DNA of 64,000 nt from an uncultured Acidobacteriota bacterium (lineage in GTDB: Bacteria > Acidobacteriota > UBA6911 > RPQK01 > JAPXNP01). This document shows positions 42,230 through 54,503 of the stretch, one piece after another (position 1 is the first letter of the stretch; each line of letters begins with the position of its first letter). The position numbers and the translations under genes were made by a program. Location: positions 416,001 to 480,000 of the forward strand of contig CAVZRV010000008.1 of assembly GCA_963777605.1 (NCBI GenBank), written 5' to 3'. The notes below the pieces were generated by a model. It was not told where the DNA came from. It did no database searches and saw only the letters and a program-made list of their open reading frames with translations.

Positions 42230-42742
42230 TTGCAGCCCGACAGGAAGACGATACTGGTCGCCGAAGATCTTGTGACGTTCCAGGACGCTCTTGCTCAGTC
42301 CCTCAGGGAGACAGGGTACCGGGTGATGACCGCAAAGTCGGGTGAAGAGGTCCTGGCGCATTTTGCAGTTGAATCTCCTGACTTGCTCTTGCTCGACTTG
42401 TCGCTCGAAGGGACTGACGGGATCACCTGTCTGCGTGAAATCCGTGAACAGTACCCACAGAATATTTGTCCGATATTCGTGCTCACCGGCCATAAGGATC
42501 CTCTCGTGAGGCGTGCTGTTCGGCAACTGTCCGTGGCCGCCTACTATGTGAAGTCTGAGTTCTCACTCCCGGAGCTACTCAAAGATATCGAGGGAGCACT
42601 CTACGGGAGACGTCTTGGTGCAGGAGACGGTGAGAAGAATGGATCCAGCCGGCCGCAGCCAGAGAAGCGGGCAGCAAAGGTGAGTCAGTTCTCTTCAGCT
42701 GCCTTGGGTGTTTGCCAAACGCGTGTTGATGAATGGGGTTGA
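42230..42742 (+). CDS. Stand-alone response regulator receiver protein
   Basis: ILVAED, PDLLLLDLSL..DG, VLTG, YYVK; TTG start after GAAAGGA (ORF open from 42107). Confidence 0.8.
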   Translation: MQPDRKTILVAEDLVTFQDALAQSLRETGYRVMTAKSGEEVLAHFAVESPDLLLLDLSLEGTDGITCLREIREQYPQNICPIFVLTGHKDPLVRRAVRQLSVAAYYVKSEFSLPELLKDIEGALYGRRLGAGDGEKNGSSRPQPEKRAAKVSQFSSAALGVCQTRVDEWG

Positions 42743-42841
42743 TGCAGTCCGACGTTCGTCGAGCGTTCAACTCCCTTCTTTACGTGGGCCAGGTTCCATG
42801 TGAGTTCTGACTGGGCCGAAATCCCACCACCAGGGGGAGCC

Positions 42842-45286
42842 CTACGTGCTGTCCAATTCTGCACGGAGTGATTCGGCAAGAGTTGCCTGGTCGAACGGCT
42901 TCCGAAGAAGCTGTCGCCTTTGCCTCCGCGTCAGCATATTCGCGAGTGTCTCTTCGGCGTACCCCGTCATAAGGATGACCTTGCCCGAAGGAAATATCTC
43001 CACAAAGCGTTCGGCAAGTACGGGGCCAGTGAGCCCTGGCATCATCACATCCGACAGCATAAGGTCGATTGGGCCAGTGTGCGACTTCGCAATTTCGAGA
43101 GCCTCTTCGCCGCTCCCGGCCTCAAGGATTTTATACCCGAGCGAAGAGGCCAGGCGACTGACCGCCCGGCGAAGGAGCAAATCGTCCTCCACCAGCAAGA
43201 TTGTTTCCGTTCCTGCCGTCAACCCTTGATTGCACCTTTCCACTTGGCTCTTTTCTCCATTACACTCTGGAAGGCGAATGACGAAGGTCGTACCGTCGCC
43301 GACTCGACTGTCGACATGAATTTCACCGGCAGCAGACCGGACAATTCCGTAGACGGTTGCCAGACCCAGTCCGGTCCCTTTTCCTTCCTCTTTCGTGGTG
43401 AAGAATGGTTCGAAGATTTTTTCTTCAAATTCTTCTGGAATCCCGCATCCCGTGTCGGAGACGGTGAGTTCCACAAAGCCCTGGCCCCCGGCCAAAGAAC
43501 CCCCTTTGGCACACGGTTCCGGACGTAGTCGAGTGCTGACGTTCAACCTGCCACCAGCAGGCATGGCATCCTTGGCATTTACGCAAAGATTCATGAGCAC
43601 CTGCTCAAGCTGCGTGCGGTCAATTCTTACCGATCGAACCTCCGGACTCAGGTCAATCTCAAGGCGAATCGTTTCCTGAACAAGTGAACGAATGAGCGGC
43701 GCCAGTTCTTCAATGACTTGGTTCACCTCGCAACTGTCGGTGACGACCTGTTGTTTGCGGCCGAAAACCATCAGTCGGTCAATCAGTCGGGCTGCGCGGC
43801 CTGCCACCGCCGTGATTTCTTCGAGCGATCCGTGAATTGAATTCCCTTTTGAGGCGTTGAGGTCGGCCAGTTGAGCGTGAGCCATGATCGCCGCAAGCAG
43901 GTTGTTGAAGTCATGGGCAACGCTTCCCGCCAGTTGAGCAAGGCTTTCCATCTTCTGTGCCTGGAACAGCTCGGACTCGAGTTCCTTCTCCTGTGTGAGA
44001 TCTCTCGCGACGAGAAAGATCAATTCTTCCGGGACGAGCGAGAACGCAGTGAGGGCGATTACACGAATACTTCCATCCTTGCAACGGGCCCGGCATTCGA
44101 AGTGAGACAAGGGTGCGCCTGCCTTTAGACGATCGTACTCTCTCGAGATTGGTTGGTGATCACCGGGGTGGAAGACATGAATCCAGGGTTGGGAAAGCAG
44201 TTCCCTGTGGGTCCATCCCAGCACGCTCTCCCAGGCCGGATTCAACTCCCGGAAATAGCCATCCATTCCCACGATGCAAACCATATCGAGCGAACCTTCA
44301 AAAATTTGTCGATGAAGAGCCTCTTGATGTTTCAATTCACTGATATCTCGGCCAACCCCCACGATGAGTTTTTCGTCGATGAGCGGAAAGGAATTCCAGA
44401 CAATGGTCCGATAGCTTCCGTTCTTGTGCCGGTAACGATTCTCAAGCCGGACTACCGGCATGCCAAGGCGAAGATCCCTCATTGACTCACGAGTTCGAGA
44501 TAGATCCTCCGGGTGGACCAGTGAAAGCCACGACTTTTCTGCCAGGTCATCCCGCTCCCACCCGAGAACCTTTTCCCAGGCGGGGTTCGATTCGTGCAGT
44601 CGGTCCTCAAATCCAATCACCACCATCAGGTCCAAGGAGTGGTTGAAGAGCTGATCGCGCAATGTACGGCCACGCTTGCGTTCCGTGATATCTCGTCCGA
44701 TCCCAAGATTGGTGCCATCTTCCAACTCGAGATTCATGTACTCGACGATCAACCTTCGACCCGCTCTGTTACATGGGCGTACCTCCCGCCATTCACCCTG
44801 GGCTTCTTGGCTAAACTTTTGGATAACGAGACGATAGGCAGGATCAGGATACAGTTCCGACAGGAGATCAATTGAGTCTAACTCATTCCGCATCCATCCG
44901 AAGGTCCGTTCCCAGCATTGATTCACCCAGAGGAGTCTGCCGCGGGCATCCACCAACGAAATCATGGCGGGGACTCTGTCGAGAATGGTCTCCAGGAGTT
45001 GAGCGGTCTTCTTGTGCTGGTGTGCTTGTGACTCCGATTCGTTTTGAGTCTCAGTAAGAGCCAACTTTAGCCGGGTCTTTCGATTCAAGAGCCGGCTGTA
45101 CCAAAACGCCAGCACCAGGGCGGTCCCAGCGACGTAGAACCAGCCTTTGAGCGCCTGCACTAAGGAAATTTGGGCCTCTGATTCGAGAAATGTCGAGATC
45201 AGGAGGTTCGAAAAGAAGACCCATAAGCTTCCGACAATTGCGTAGCCGATGGAAACCTTGAGAACTCGCCTCGTGTCGTAGGTCAT
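42842..45286 (-). CDS. Hybrid sensor histidine kinase (TM, three PAS, HisKA, HATPase, REC)
   Basis: [40 protein letters not shown]-terminal ILLVEDD...DVMMPG. Confidence 0.93.
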   Translation of the reverse strand: MTYDTRRVLKVSIGYAIVGSLWVFFSNLLISTFLESEAQISLVQALKGWFYVAGTALVLAFWYSRLLNRKTRLKLALTETQNESESQAHQHKKTAQLLETILDRVPAMISLVDARGRLLWVNQCWERTFGWMRNELDSIDLLSELYPDPAYRLVIQKFSQEAQGEWREVRPCNRAGRRLIVEYMNLELEDGTNLGIGRDITERKRGRTLRDQLFNHSLDLMVVIGFEDRLHESNPAWEKVLGWERDDLAEKSWLSLVHPEDLSRTRESMRDLRLGMPVVRLENRYRHKNGSYRTIVWNSFPLIDEKLIVGVGRDISELKHQEALHRQIFEGSLDMVCIVGMDGYFRELNPAWESVLGWTHRELLSQPWIHVFHPGDHQPISREYDRLKAGAPLSHFECRARCKDGSIRVIALTAFSLVPEELIFLVARDLTQEKELESELFQAQKMESLAQLAGSVAHDFNNLLAAIMAHAQLADLNASKGNSIHGSLEEITAVAGRAARLIDRLMVFGRKQQVVTDSCEVNQVIEELAPLIRSLVQETIRLEIDLSPEVRSVRIDRTQLEQVLMNLCVNAKDAMPAGGRLNVSTRLRPEPCAKGGSLAGGQGFVELTVSDTGCGIPEEFEEKIFEPFFTTKEEGKGTGLGLATVYGIVRSAAGEIHVDSRVGDGTTFVIRLPECNGEKSQVERCNQGLTAGTETILLVEDDLLLRRAVSRLASSLGYKILEAGSGEEALEIAKSHTGPIDLMLSDVMMPGLTGPVLAERFVEIFPSGKVILMTGYAEETLANMLTRRQRRQLLRKPFDQATLAESLRAELDST

Positions 45287-45441
45287 CCCGACATCCTTCG
45301 GAGCGGTTGAGCCCGACGATTATGAGCGCTCCGGAAAAGAGAATCCTCGCTCGGACTCTGTTCCGGCGTGGGCTCCGTAGCGGGCTCTTGACGGAGTCGG
45401 AGTGAGGAGTGATTGGAGGAAGGCGTAACTCCAAGAACAAG

Positions 45442-47247
45442 CTACTGCAGGCTGATCAGCGAATCGATGACCGATTCCATGCAATAAGGCTTCTTCAGAA
45501 CAGTGACGAGCCTTGCGCCTTGTCGAGGTGAATCCACACCCTCGCCTGACAGTAACACAGTTGGCAGTGGATCAGGCGGATTTCTCTTTTCCTCGAATGC
45601 CTTCATCTGAGACCAGAGTTCCCTGGCCTCGAACTGGCTGTCGGCTCGGACAATCCACGAATTGACGGCTTCATCGGGATAGGGGATCAGGAGTTGCCGG
45701 AAGAAGTCACCCGCAAGCGACGAGGAATCTAACTGAAGGAACCGGGGGTGTATGTTGGACGCAAGACGGTTCCTGAGGATGCTGGCCCGATCGGGCCAGT
45801 CTTTCCATGACTTCATAACAACAACGGTCCGGAGGTCTCTCCACGACTCCTTGATCCGGAGCTCAATCTGGCTCAGGCAGTCAGCGGGGAGGGCCAGATC
45901 GTCGGCCAGAGGCAGGGCTTCTTCGATTGTATCCTCACCGCTTTCCCCGAGGATGAGACTTTGCGCCAGAGTATTAGCGAGAACAAGTACCATTACCGAA
46001 TACCGGTCCGGCCCCTGAAGAGCTCGAATCGAAGCCACCGGCAAGTGATGAAGCGTAATCGGCCGAATGATCTTTGCCGAAAATCGCCACTGAAAGAGAG
46101 GTTCTTCAGCGGCTTTGGCATGGTTGAGGAGCAGAAGTTTTGCCTCGGCCTGATGCAGCGGTATCGACAGATCCCGGGCTGCCTGAATGACCTGAGCGTA
46201 GAGGTCACCCAACTCCTCGATCAGCATCAGACGGCCGATATCGTGCATGAGCCCGGTCGTAAACGCGATATCGGGCTCCAGTTCTTTGGTCATTGGACTC
46301 GCATGTACAATTTCGGCGGCCGCCGCTGCGACACTGATGCTATGCTCCCAGAATCGTCCGTAATGGATCAGTTCGTCCGATCCCTCCCCAAATCGCTCCA
46401 GAATTCCGATCGAAACGGCCGCTTCACGTAGTTTCCCCGTTCCGATCCTCACGATGGCCTTACGGAGAGAAGTGACCGGCGCACCTCGGGAAAAGGCGGC
46501 CGAGTTGGCTAGCCAGAGGAAACGCGTTGCCAGCGCCTGATCCAAACCCGCTGCTTCAACGATTTGGTCCATGGCGGCGGAGGGGTCATCGATGGTGCGC
46601 AAAAGGTGAGCCACCGCAGGACTGAAGCCCTTCAGTTCGCGCAGATGTTTGATTCTTGCGGCGAGCTCGTCACGGCTGAGGAGCGGGCCGAGATCTGACA
46701 GGGAAACTTGTCGTCGATTCTGGGGCTTTGGCGATTGGAGGGGCCGAGGCTTGGTGGGCCTGATCTCTGGTTCCTGCCTTTGACTCTGCGGCGGTGAGGT
46801 AATCATTCCCGTGCTTGAATTCGGTTCCGAACGCTGCTCTGCCGGAGTGTTCGTCGGTGAGGGGATGTCGATTGCCGACGCAATCTTCTCGAGGAGAACA
46901 GGAAGGGAGAAAGAGGACTTCAGAAAGAAATCGTTCACTCCCAGTCCGACGACACTCTGCACCAAATTCCGTTCTGAGTGTGCCGTCAGCACGATCACGG
47001 GAAGCTCCTGGCAGCTATAGCATTGACGCAGTTCTCGAAGACAGGCGATTCCGTCTTTACCAGGCATTCCGAGGTCGAGGAGGATGAGGTCGGGTTTGCG
47101 CTCCTCTACCAATCGCAGAGTCTCATTCCCGTCTTCTGCGGTTCGCACTTGATAGCCCACTTGACTGAGGGCCGCCGCGAGCGGTTCACGGAGCACCGGC
47201 AGATCGTCAGCCACAATTATCTCAATCTGCGAAAGCTCCTTGGACAT
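45442..47247 (-). CDS. REC-HDOD domain signalling protein
   Basis: N-terminal receiver; D.ALA.RFL.LANSA, FWEHS..VA, GLMHDIG (HDOD). Confidence 0.88.
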   Translation of the reverse strand: MSKELSQIEIIVADDLPVLREPLAAALSQVGYQVRTAEDGNETLRLVEERKPDLILLDLGMPGKDGIACLRELRQCYSCQELPVIVLTAHSERNLVQSVVGLGVNDFFLKSSFSLPVLLEKIASAIDIPSPTNTPAEQRSEPNSSTGMITSPPQSQRQEPEIRPTKPRPLQSPKPQNRRQVSLSDLGPLLSRDELAARIKHLRELKGFSPAVAHLLRTIDDPSAAMDQIVEAAGLDQALATRFLWLANSAAFSRGAPVTSLRKAIVRIGTGKLREAAVSIGILERFGEGSDELIHYGRFWEHSISVAAAAAEIVHASPMTKELEPDIAFTTGLMHDIGRLMLIEELGDLYAQVIQAARDLSIPLHQAEAKLLLLNHAKAAEEPLFQWRFSAKIIRPITLHHLPVASIRALQGPDRYSVMVLVLANTLAQSLILGESGEDTIEEALPLADDLALPADCLSQIELRIKESWRDLRTVVVMKSWKDWPDRASILRNRLASNIHPRFLQLDSSSLAGDFFRQLLIPYPDEAVNSWIVRADSQFEARELWSQMKAFEEKRNPPDPLPTVLLSGEGVDSPRQGARLVTVLKKPYCMESVIDSLISLQ

Positions 47248-48794
47248 CAGTTGGCCTCCTTCACTGGAGCTTTCTGGTCAAGCGGCAAGTATATTCGGAT
47301 GGAAGTCCCAGACTGCGAATCGGAATGGATCTCCCAGAATCCACCATGGGCTCGAATAATCTTTTTGGATAGCGTAAGGCCCAGGCCGGATCCCTCGGCT
47401 TGAACTCCGCCCAAGAGCCCGGCCGAAAGAGAGAAGGGCTGATCGAGCTTTTGAAGGATCTTTGGATGGATGCCCGGTCCGCTGTCCTGAATCTCGATTC
47501 GTGCAGCGAGTTCCTCGCCTCGTTCAACGAGGTCAAGGGAGAAGCAGACAGACCCTTTACCGGTATACCGCAGCGCGTTTTCAAGCAGCAGGTTGAGCAT
47601 CCGAGCGAGCGACTCCGCGTCACCGCAAATGGTCACTGGATCTTGGGGCATTGAGTACTTGAAATGGATATGCTGCTCCTCGTCTATCGTGTCGCCAAAA
47701 GGCTTCGCGACTCCTTCACACAATTCTGACAGTCCGACCACTTGCCAGTTCCAGGGGAAGGATCCTTTTATGATTTGGGCAACCTGGAGCGCATTTAAGA
47801 CGGTTCGGCTCAGCTTCTGGCTCTCGTCACCAATCAGCCTGCACAAGTCCATGTGCTTTTGGGCTGAAGTTTTCGCCCGCTGCAGGACCTCGGCAGTCGT
47901 TCGAATGCCTGCGAGCGGAGTTTGAATTTCATGGTTCAAGAAGCTGATCACTTCTTCGACTGACCGAATGGATCGGGCCGCCTCCCGTTCATCCGTCCGA
48001 TCTGAACCGGCATCCTGCGGGTTGGAATCGACGACGCCGACCAAACCCATTATCTCGTTCGATTCACCTCGAACGGTGGACTTGTAGAAACGGAAGTACT
48101 GAGTTGTACCGTCGCTGGCGACAAACGGGACCTCATACATCTGGCTCCCGCCATAGGTAAGCAACAACTCATCCGATTCCATGTGCCGCTTGGCATGTTC
48201 AGGGTCAGCAAACTGCTGGACTGTACACCCGATGATCTTGTCCTTTGGCGTGCCGACCAGTTCCTCGAATTTGGCGTTGCAGAAAGTGTAGGCGCCGAAA
48301 GGATCCTTCGCGAAGACTGGTAGTGGAATTGTGTCGACCAGTTTCTCGAAGTAGAGTCGGGCGGATTCGTCCCGGGATTCAGCCTCTCGTCGGGCGCTGA
48401 CGTCTTGCTTGATCGCGACGAATTGCCCAATTCGCCCGTGGCCATCCAGCACTGGTGTGATACGCATCCGTTCGGGATAAACGGATCCATTACGGCGGCG
48501 GTTGATAACATCACCTTCCCAAGTTCCCCCGGACAAGATCACACTCCAGAGACGGGCGTAGAATTGGCGGCTGTGATGGCCTGACTGAAGAATTTTCGGG
48601 GACTGGCCGATTGCCTCTTCCCTCGGGAAGCCTGTCGTGGATACGAAGCTGTCGTTGACAAAGATTATCCGCCCGTTGCGATCGGTAATCATGATCATTT
48701 CACGGGTGGCATTTACTGCCTTTTCGAGGACGAGAAGGCGTTCAATCGATGACAGGCAGTCGGTGTTTCCTTTGGTGTCTTCTGGTGAATTCAT
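47247..48794 (-). CDS. Cytoplasmic PAS-PAS histidine kinase
   Basis: Two PAS domains, NHEIQTPL, ENALRY, DSGPGI, GSGLGL. Confidence 0.9.
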   Translation of the reverse strand: MNSPEDTKGNTDCLSSIERLLVLEKAVNATREMIMITDRNGRIIFVNDSFVSTTGFPREEAIGQSPKILQSGHHSRQFYARLWSVILSGGTWEGDVINRRRNGSVYPERMRITPVLDGHGRIGQFVAIKQDVSARREAESRDESARLYFEKLVDTIPLPVFAKDPFGAYTFCNAKFEELVGTPKDKIIGCTVQQFADPEHAKRHMESDELLLTYGGSQMYEVPFVASDGTTQYFRFYKSTVRGESNEIMGLVGVVDSNPQDAGSDRTDEREAARSIRSVEEVISFLNHEIQTPLAGIRTTAEVLQRAKTSAQKHMDLCRLIGDESQKLSRTVLNALQVAQIIKGSFPWNWQVVGLSELCEGVAKPFGDTIDEEQHIHFKYSMPQDPVTICGDAESLARMLNLLLENALRYTGKGSVCFSLDLVERGEELAARIEIQDSGPGIHPKILQKLDQPFSLSAGLLGGVQAEGSGLGLTLSKKIIRAHGGFWEIHSDSQSGTSIRIYLPLDQKAPVKEAN

Positions 48795-49377
48795 GGGCGT
48801 CGAGGTTGCGACGTGGCGAAACCGCATCGGGTTCCATCACGACGGGTTGGATCAGGCGTCAGTCGAAGAGCGTCGGCCATTTCAGGTTCACGGCTCCAAA
48901 ATCCAACATTGCCGACCGAGGTGATGAACTCCGCATGCAACGTCAGGCAATTACTGTATCGGCACCATTGCAACGTTGGATTAGCGAGGCAGTCGAGATG
49001 GCCCATCCCCACACGTTTTCTCAGTAAATCGATTCGGCCGAGTCGAAGCACACGGATGAGGCTACCCGGGGGACAGCCGGTGCTCGGGTGGTACGGTGTT
49101 CATCTCAAAGATCTGCCTTCCGCCATCCTCTCATCTCGCGCCGCCTACCGGTTCAGGTCGCTGAAACCCTGATGTTCGCGGACTCGGAGTGCCCTGACGG
49201 CCACTCAATTTCTTCGTTTGCAGGTTCAAGTCCCTTCGCAGCTCCACTCTCTCGGCGTTGATTTGCCACGGTGATCTTCTGTGGTAATATGTGGCCTCCC
49301 AATTTCGGGGAGAGACGGTTGCGGTGTGCATTCCAGATTGCAGCCTCTGTTCCTGATGAAGTGGTATCCCATACTGG

Positions 49378-49460
49378 GGAGGGGTGGCAGAGCGGTCAAA
49401 TGCGGCGGGCTGTAAACCCGTTGACGTCAGTCTACGTAGGTTCGAATCCTACCCCCTCCA
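49378..49460 (+). tRNA. tRNA-Tyr(GUA), CCA not encoded
   Basis: GGAGGGG/CCCCTCC acceptor stem, anticodon CT-GTA-AA, long variable arm. Confidence 0.93.
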
Positions 49461-49592
49461 AATTTCTTCCCGTGGATGCTCCGGTTATCTGGGGCGGCGC
49501 GCGTCGGAGGCGGGCTGTGATTGCGCTTCGTGGCTTGCTTTGAAGGAATGTTTTGGGGATAATTACGGTTTTCGAAGAAGAATGGTCAGGGT

Positions 49593-49668
49593 GCGGGAGT
49601 AACTCAGCTGGTAGAGTCATAGCCTTCCAAGCTATTGGTCGCGGGTTCGAGTCCCGTCTCCCGCTCCA
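49593..49668 (+). tRNA. tRNA-Gly(UCC)
   Basis: GCGGGAG...CTCCCGC-T-CCA; anticodon CT-TCC-AA. Confidence 0.95.
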
Positions 49669-49745
49669 ACTTGGGATGCCCGCTACGGTTCCTTGGGCCG
49701 AGTTCAACAGGTTATAGATTCAAGAGGTAGTTAAGCATAAAGCGA

Positions 49746-49820
<75 letters not shown>

Positions 49821-49855
49821 TTTGTTTTTGCTAAACACGCTGAAGAGGAGACGTT

Positions 49856-51043
<1,188 letters not shown>

Positions 51044-51055
51044 GCGGGTTGGTGT

Positions 51056-51131
51056 AGGCCAGTAGCTCAATTGGCAGAGCATCGGTCTCCAAAACCGGCG
51101 GTTGGGGGTTCAAGTCCCTCCTGGCCTGCCA
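51056..51131 (+). tRNA. tRNA-Trp(CCA)
   Basis: AGGCCAG...CTGGCCT-G-CCA; anticodon CT-CCA-AA. Confidence 0.95.
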
Positions 51132-51159
51132 CTTTTTTTCAGTTGGCTGGATTGTCCTG

Positions 51160-51375
51160 ATGTTGGAGAAATTGCAAGCGTTACCCGGAAGGATTGCCAC
51201 CTTTACAAGTGAGGTGCGGTCTGAGTTGAAGAAGGTCACCTGGCCGAGCAAGAAAGAGGTCTACGGCACGACGGTTGTTGTTATCGTCAGTGTTATCTTT
51301 TTCGGTCTCTATTTGTTTGTGGTGGATTCGATACTTCAGGTCACGATCAATAGAATTTTTAAGTTCTTTTTGTAG
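51160..51375 (+). CDS. secE: Preprotein translocase subunit SecE
   Basis: EVRSELKKVTWPSKKE plus TM; synteny. Confidence 0.95.
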   Translation: MLEKLQALPGRIATFTSEVRSELKKVTWPSKKEVYGTTVVVIVSVIFFGLYLFVVDSILQVTINRIFKFFL

Positions 51376-51431
51376 GGGCAGGGCGTTCTTTCCACGAGTT
51401 AGAATCGGGCTTTTGCTAAGGAGAGGTAATC

Positions 51432-51989
51432 ATTTCTGAGAAGGCTGCCGGCGGGTCGTCGCAGAAAAAATGGTACATCATCCACACCTACTCGGGCTAC
51501 GAGCGAAAAGTGGCCGAGGGGTTGATGAATCGAGTCCAGGTCTACGGGCTGCAGGACAAGATCGGTCAGATCCTGATACCGACCGAGGATGTGGTGGAAA
51601 TGAAGGGAGGCAAGAAGGTCGTCACCTCCAAGCTCTTCTTTCCCGGCTACATCCTGGTTGAAATGGAGCTGAACGACGATACCTGGCACCTGGTGCGGAA
51701 TACGCCGAAGGTCAGCGGATTCGTCAGTCAGGGGAATCAGCCGACCCCGCTGACGGAAGAGGAAGTGAACCAGGTCGTTCATCGTGTCTCGAGCGTCGGC
51801 GAGAAGCCGAAGCCCAAGTTCATGTTTGAGCGGGGCGAAACGGTGAAGATCATTGACGGGCCCTTCTCAAACTTTACGGGTGTGGTTGAGGATGTGAACC
51901 TGGAACGCAGCACCGTGAAGGTGATGGTTACGATTTTTGGCCGTGCCACACCGGTCGAACTCGAGTTTGTTCAGGTCGAGAAGGTCTAG
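51432..51989 (+). CDS. nusG: Transcription factor NusG; apparent ATT start
   Basis: [13 protein letters not shown] lies in frame upstream of the first GTG (51510); [13 protein letters not shown]; in-frame TAA at 51417. Confidence 0.95.
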   Translation: MSEKAAGGSSQKKWYIIHTYSGYERKVAEGLMNRVQVYGLQDKIGQILIPTEDVVEMKGGKKVVTSKLFFPGYILVEMELNDDTWHLVRNTPKVSGFVSQGNQPTPLTEEEVNQVVHRVSSVGEKPKPKFMFERGETVKIIDGPFSNFTGVVEDVNLERSTVKVMVTIFGRATPVELEFVQVEKV

Positions 51990-52038
51990 CGGCCCTTTCG
52001 GGCGTTCCGGGAGCAATGGCTCTTGCGGGAGTGAATAA

Positions 52039-52464
52039 ATGGCAAAAAAGGTAATTGGCATGATTAAGCTGCAGATTCCTGCGGGGAAGGCGACACCGGC
52101 GCCTCCTGTGGGGCCTGCGCTTGGTCAGCATGGCGTGAACATCATGGATTTCTGCAAGGCCTTCAATGCGAAGACCCAGGGGCAGGAGGGCCTGATTATT
52201 CCGGTGGTGATCACGGTCTATCAGGACCGCAGTTACTCGTTCATCACCAAGACGCCTCCCGCGGCCGTTCTGCTGAAAAGGGCTGCCAGTATCGCCAAGG
52301 GGTCGGCGGAGCCGAACAAGACCAAGGTGGCGAAGGTGGACATGAAGCAGGTTGAGGAAATCGCCAAGCTGAAGATGCCGGATTTGAACGCGGCGAGCCT
52401 TGAGGCTGCGGTGAAGATCATTGCCGGGACTGCTCGAAGCATGGGAATCGAGCTCAAGGAATAA
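52039..52464 (+). CDS. rplK: 50S ribosomal protein L11
   Basis: [29 protein letters not shown]. Confidence 0.98.
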   Translation: MAKKVIGMIKLQIPAGKATPAPPVGPALGQHGVNIMDFCKAFNAKTQGQEGLIIPVVITVYQDRSYSFITKTPPAAVLLKRAASIAKGSAEPNKTKVAKVDMKQVEEIAKLKMPDLNAASLEAAVKIIAGTARSMGIELKE

Positions 52465-52470
52465 CGGATT

Positions 52471-53160
52471 ATGGCGGGCAAGAAATTTGTAGAAGCTGAG
52501 AATCGGGTAGAGCCGTCGGATTATGCGCTGGAAGATGCCATCGACCTGATGGTTTCCGTCAAGTTTGCCAAATTCGACGAGACTGCCGAAATCGCGATGA
52601 ATCTGGGCGTTGATCCGAAGCACGCCGACCAGATGGTGAGGGGAACCGTTGTGCTTCCCAATGGTCTGGGTAAATCGGTGCGCGTCTGCGTGGTCGCCTC
52701 GGGCGAGAAGATGAAAGAAGCCGAGGAGGCAGGAGCCGACTTCTCCGGCGGGGAAGACATCGTCGAAAAGATCCAGGAGGGTTGGACCGCCTTCGATGCC
52801 ATGGTGGCGACGCCCGACATGATGAAGCTGGTAGGAAAGCTGGGACGGATCCTGGGGCCGAGGGGTCTGATGCCGAACCCGAAGACGGGTACCGTGACCT
52901 TCAACGTCAAGGAGGCGATCGAAGACATCAAGGCCGGAAAAGTCGAATTTCGGGTAGATAAGAACGGCGTTATTCATGCCCCCTTCGGCAAGCTGTCTTT
53001 CCCCAAGGAAAAGTTGGTGCAGAATGCACGGAGTCTGATTGACGCGGTCCTTCGTGCGAAGCCTTCCGCTGCCAAGGGTCGTTACGTTCGAAGTGTTTCA
53101 ATCAGCTCGACGATGGGCCCCGGTATTCGTTTAGATGTTGCCCAGTTGGGTGCGAAGTAG
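52471..53160 (+). CDS. rplA: 50S ribosomal protein L1
   Basis: [28 protein letters not shown]. Confidence 0.98.
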   Translation: MAGKKFVEAENRVEPSDYALEDAIDLMVSVKFAKFDETAEIAMNLGVDPKHADQMVRGTVVLPNGLGKSVRVCVVASGEKMKEAEEAGADFSGGEDIVEKIQEGWTAFDAMVATPDMMKLVGKLGRILGPRGLMPNPKTGTVTFNVKEAIEDIKAGKVEFRVDKNGVIHAPFGKLSFPKEKLVQNARSLIDAVLRAKPSAAKGRYVRSVSISSTMGPGIRLDVAQLGAK

Positions 53161-53172
53161 GAGCTCCGGATT

Positions 53173-53691
53173 ATGAACAGGGCTGAAAAGACAGAGCTTA
53201 TCGAGAGCATGCACAAGAGCTTCTCCGAGAGCGGAAACGTTATTGTGCTCAGCTTTAACGGGGTCGACGTCCCGGATATCACCGACCTGCGACAAAAGAT
53301 TCGTGACAGCGAAGGCAGCTATGAGGTGGTCAAGAACACCCTGGCTATCCGGGCTGCCGAGGGGACTCCGGTAGGGGGACTCAAGGAGCAGTTTACCGGG
53401 CCCACTGCGGTTGCCTGCACGTCGAAAGATCCGGTGTCGCTGGCGAAGATTCTGAAGGATTTCGTAAAGACCCATCCCGGCATGTCGTTCAAGGCGGCAA
53501 TCCTCGAGGGGCGGCCGATTGACCAGGCGCAGGTGGAGTCGCTGGCGGAGATGCCGTCCCGGGAAGAATTGCTTTCCAGGCTGCTGTTCATGTTGAACGC
53601 GCCGCTTACCCGGTTGGCGTCGGCTCTCCAGTCTCCGGTCAGGAACTTGGCCATCGTGCTTAATGAGTTGGCCAAGAAGAATCAGCAGTGA
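53173..53691 (+). CDS. rplJ: 50S ribosomal protein L10
   Basis: VVKNTL, GPTA, MPSREELL; synteny. Confidence 0.95.
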   Translation: MNRAEKTELIESMHKSFSESGNVIVLSFNGVDVPDITDLRQKIRDSEGSYEVVKNTLAIRAAEGTPVGGLKEQFTGPTAVACTSKDPVSLAKILKDFVKTHPGMSFKAAILEGRPIDQAQVESLAEMPSREELLSRLLFMLNAPLTRLASALQSPVRNLAIVLNELAKKNQQ

Positions 53692-53733
53692 AAAGCCTTT
53701 TTATCTCTATATCGTTGCAAGGAGTAATGAACA

Positions 53734-54120
53734 ATGGCGATCAGTCGTGAAGATGTCCTGGGCTGGATCGAGCAGGCCTCGATCCTTGAGATTAATGATT
53801 TAGTGAAGGACCTGGAAGAGAAGTTTGGAATCAGTGCAGCCGCGGCTGCACCGGTTGCCGTCATGGCCGGTGGCGCCGGAGCCGGCGCTGCAGCTGCTGA
53901 AGAAGAGCAAACCGAGTTCGACGTGGTTCTTACCTCCTTCGGCGACAAGAAGATCAACGTGATCAAAGTGGTCCGCGAAGTCACCAGCCTCGGCCTCAAG
54001 GAAGCCAAGGATCTGGTTGAGGGCGTTCCCAAGGCCGTTAAGGAAGCTATCACGAAGGAAGAGGCTGCGGAAATTAAGAAGAAGTTCGAGGACGCTGGGG
54101 CAACCGTCGAAATTAAATAG
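53734..54120 (+). CDS. rplL: 50S ribosomal protein L7/L12
   Basis: [31 protein letters not shown]. Confidence 0.98.
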   Translation: MAISREDVLGWIEQASILEINDLVKDLEEKFGISAAAAAPVAVMAGGAGAGAAAAEEEQTEFDVVLTSFGDKKINVIKVVREVTSLGLKEAKDLVEGVPKAVKEAITKEEAAEIKKKFEDAGATVEIK

Positions 54121-54203
54121 GGATTGCCTGAGCTTGTACAATCACTCCAGGTGTGCTACGCTCACTCAAGCGTGGTTTTTGATATTTCTTCTTTGATTTA
54201 GGG

Positions 54204-54236
54204 AAGGAAAAGGGGCAAGTGTCCCTTTTCCTTTTT
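54204..54236 (+). terminator. Terminator/attenuator hairpin between rplL and rpoB
   Basis: aaggaaaagggg...tcccttttcctt followed by T run. Confidence 0.55.
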
Positions 54237-54470
54237 CTATTTCAGATGCGCGTGTTTCTCCAGGTCCGTTGATGAAGTCGGTCATCCGTGTCCCAGGCCT
54301 TCCGATGCGCGAATTCATGCCGGGTCCAGATCGGTCTCGCCCAATTCAGAACAGTTGCCGGTCTTGGGCTGCCGGTTTTGGAGGGCCGGTCTCCGGAGCG
54401 GCCTCGGCGTTTTTGGTTGAGGAATTCCTGTCGCCTTGTCCGAGCGTGTCCAAGTGTGACGTGTCTTCAG

Positions 54471-54503
54471 GTGGCGAATAATGACCATTCCAGCTATCGG
54501 CGC
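54471..54503 (+). other. Probable first 11 codons of rpoB, cut at the genome junction
   Basis: GTG ANNDHSSYRR at the position where rpoB is expected after rplL; composition changes right after. Confidence 0.4.

Noticed and set aside
48813-49220. Possible integrase remnant beside the right att repeat
   Set aside because: No R...HxxR...H/W...Y motif recognisable in the short ORFs
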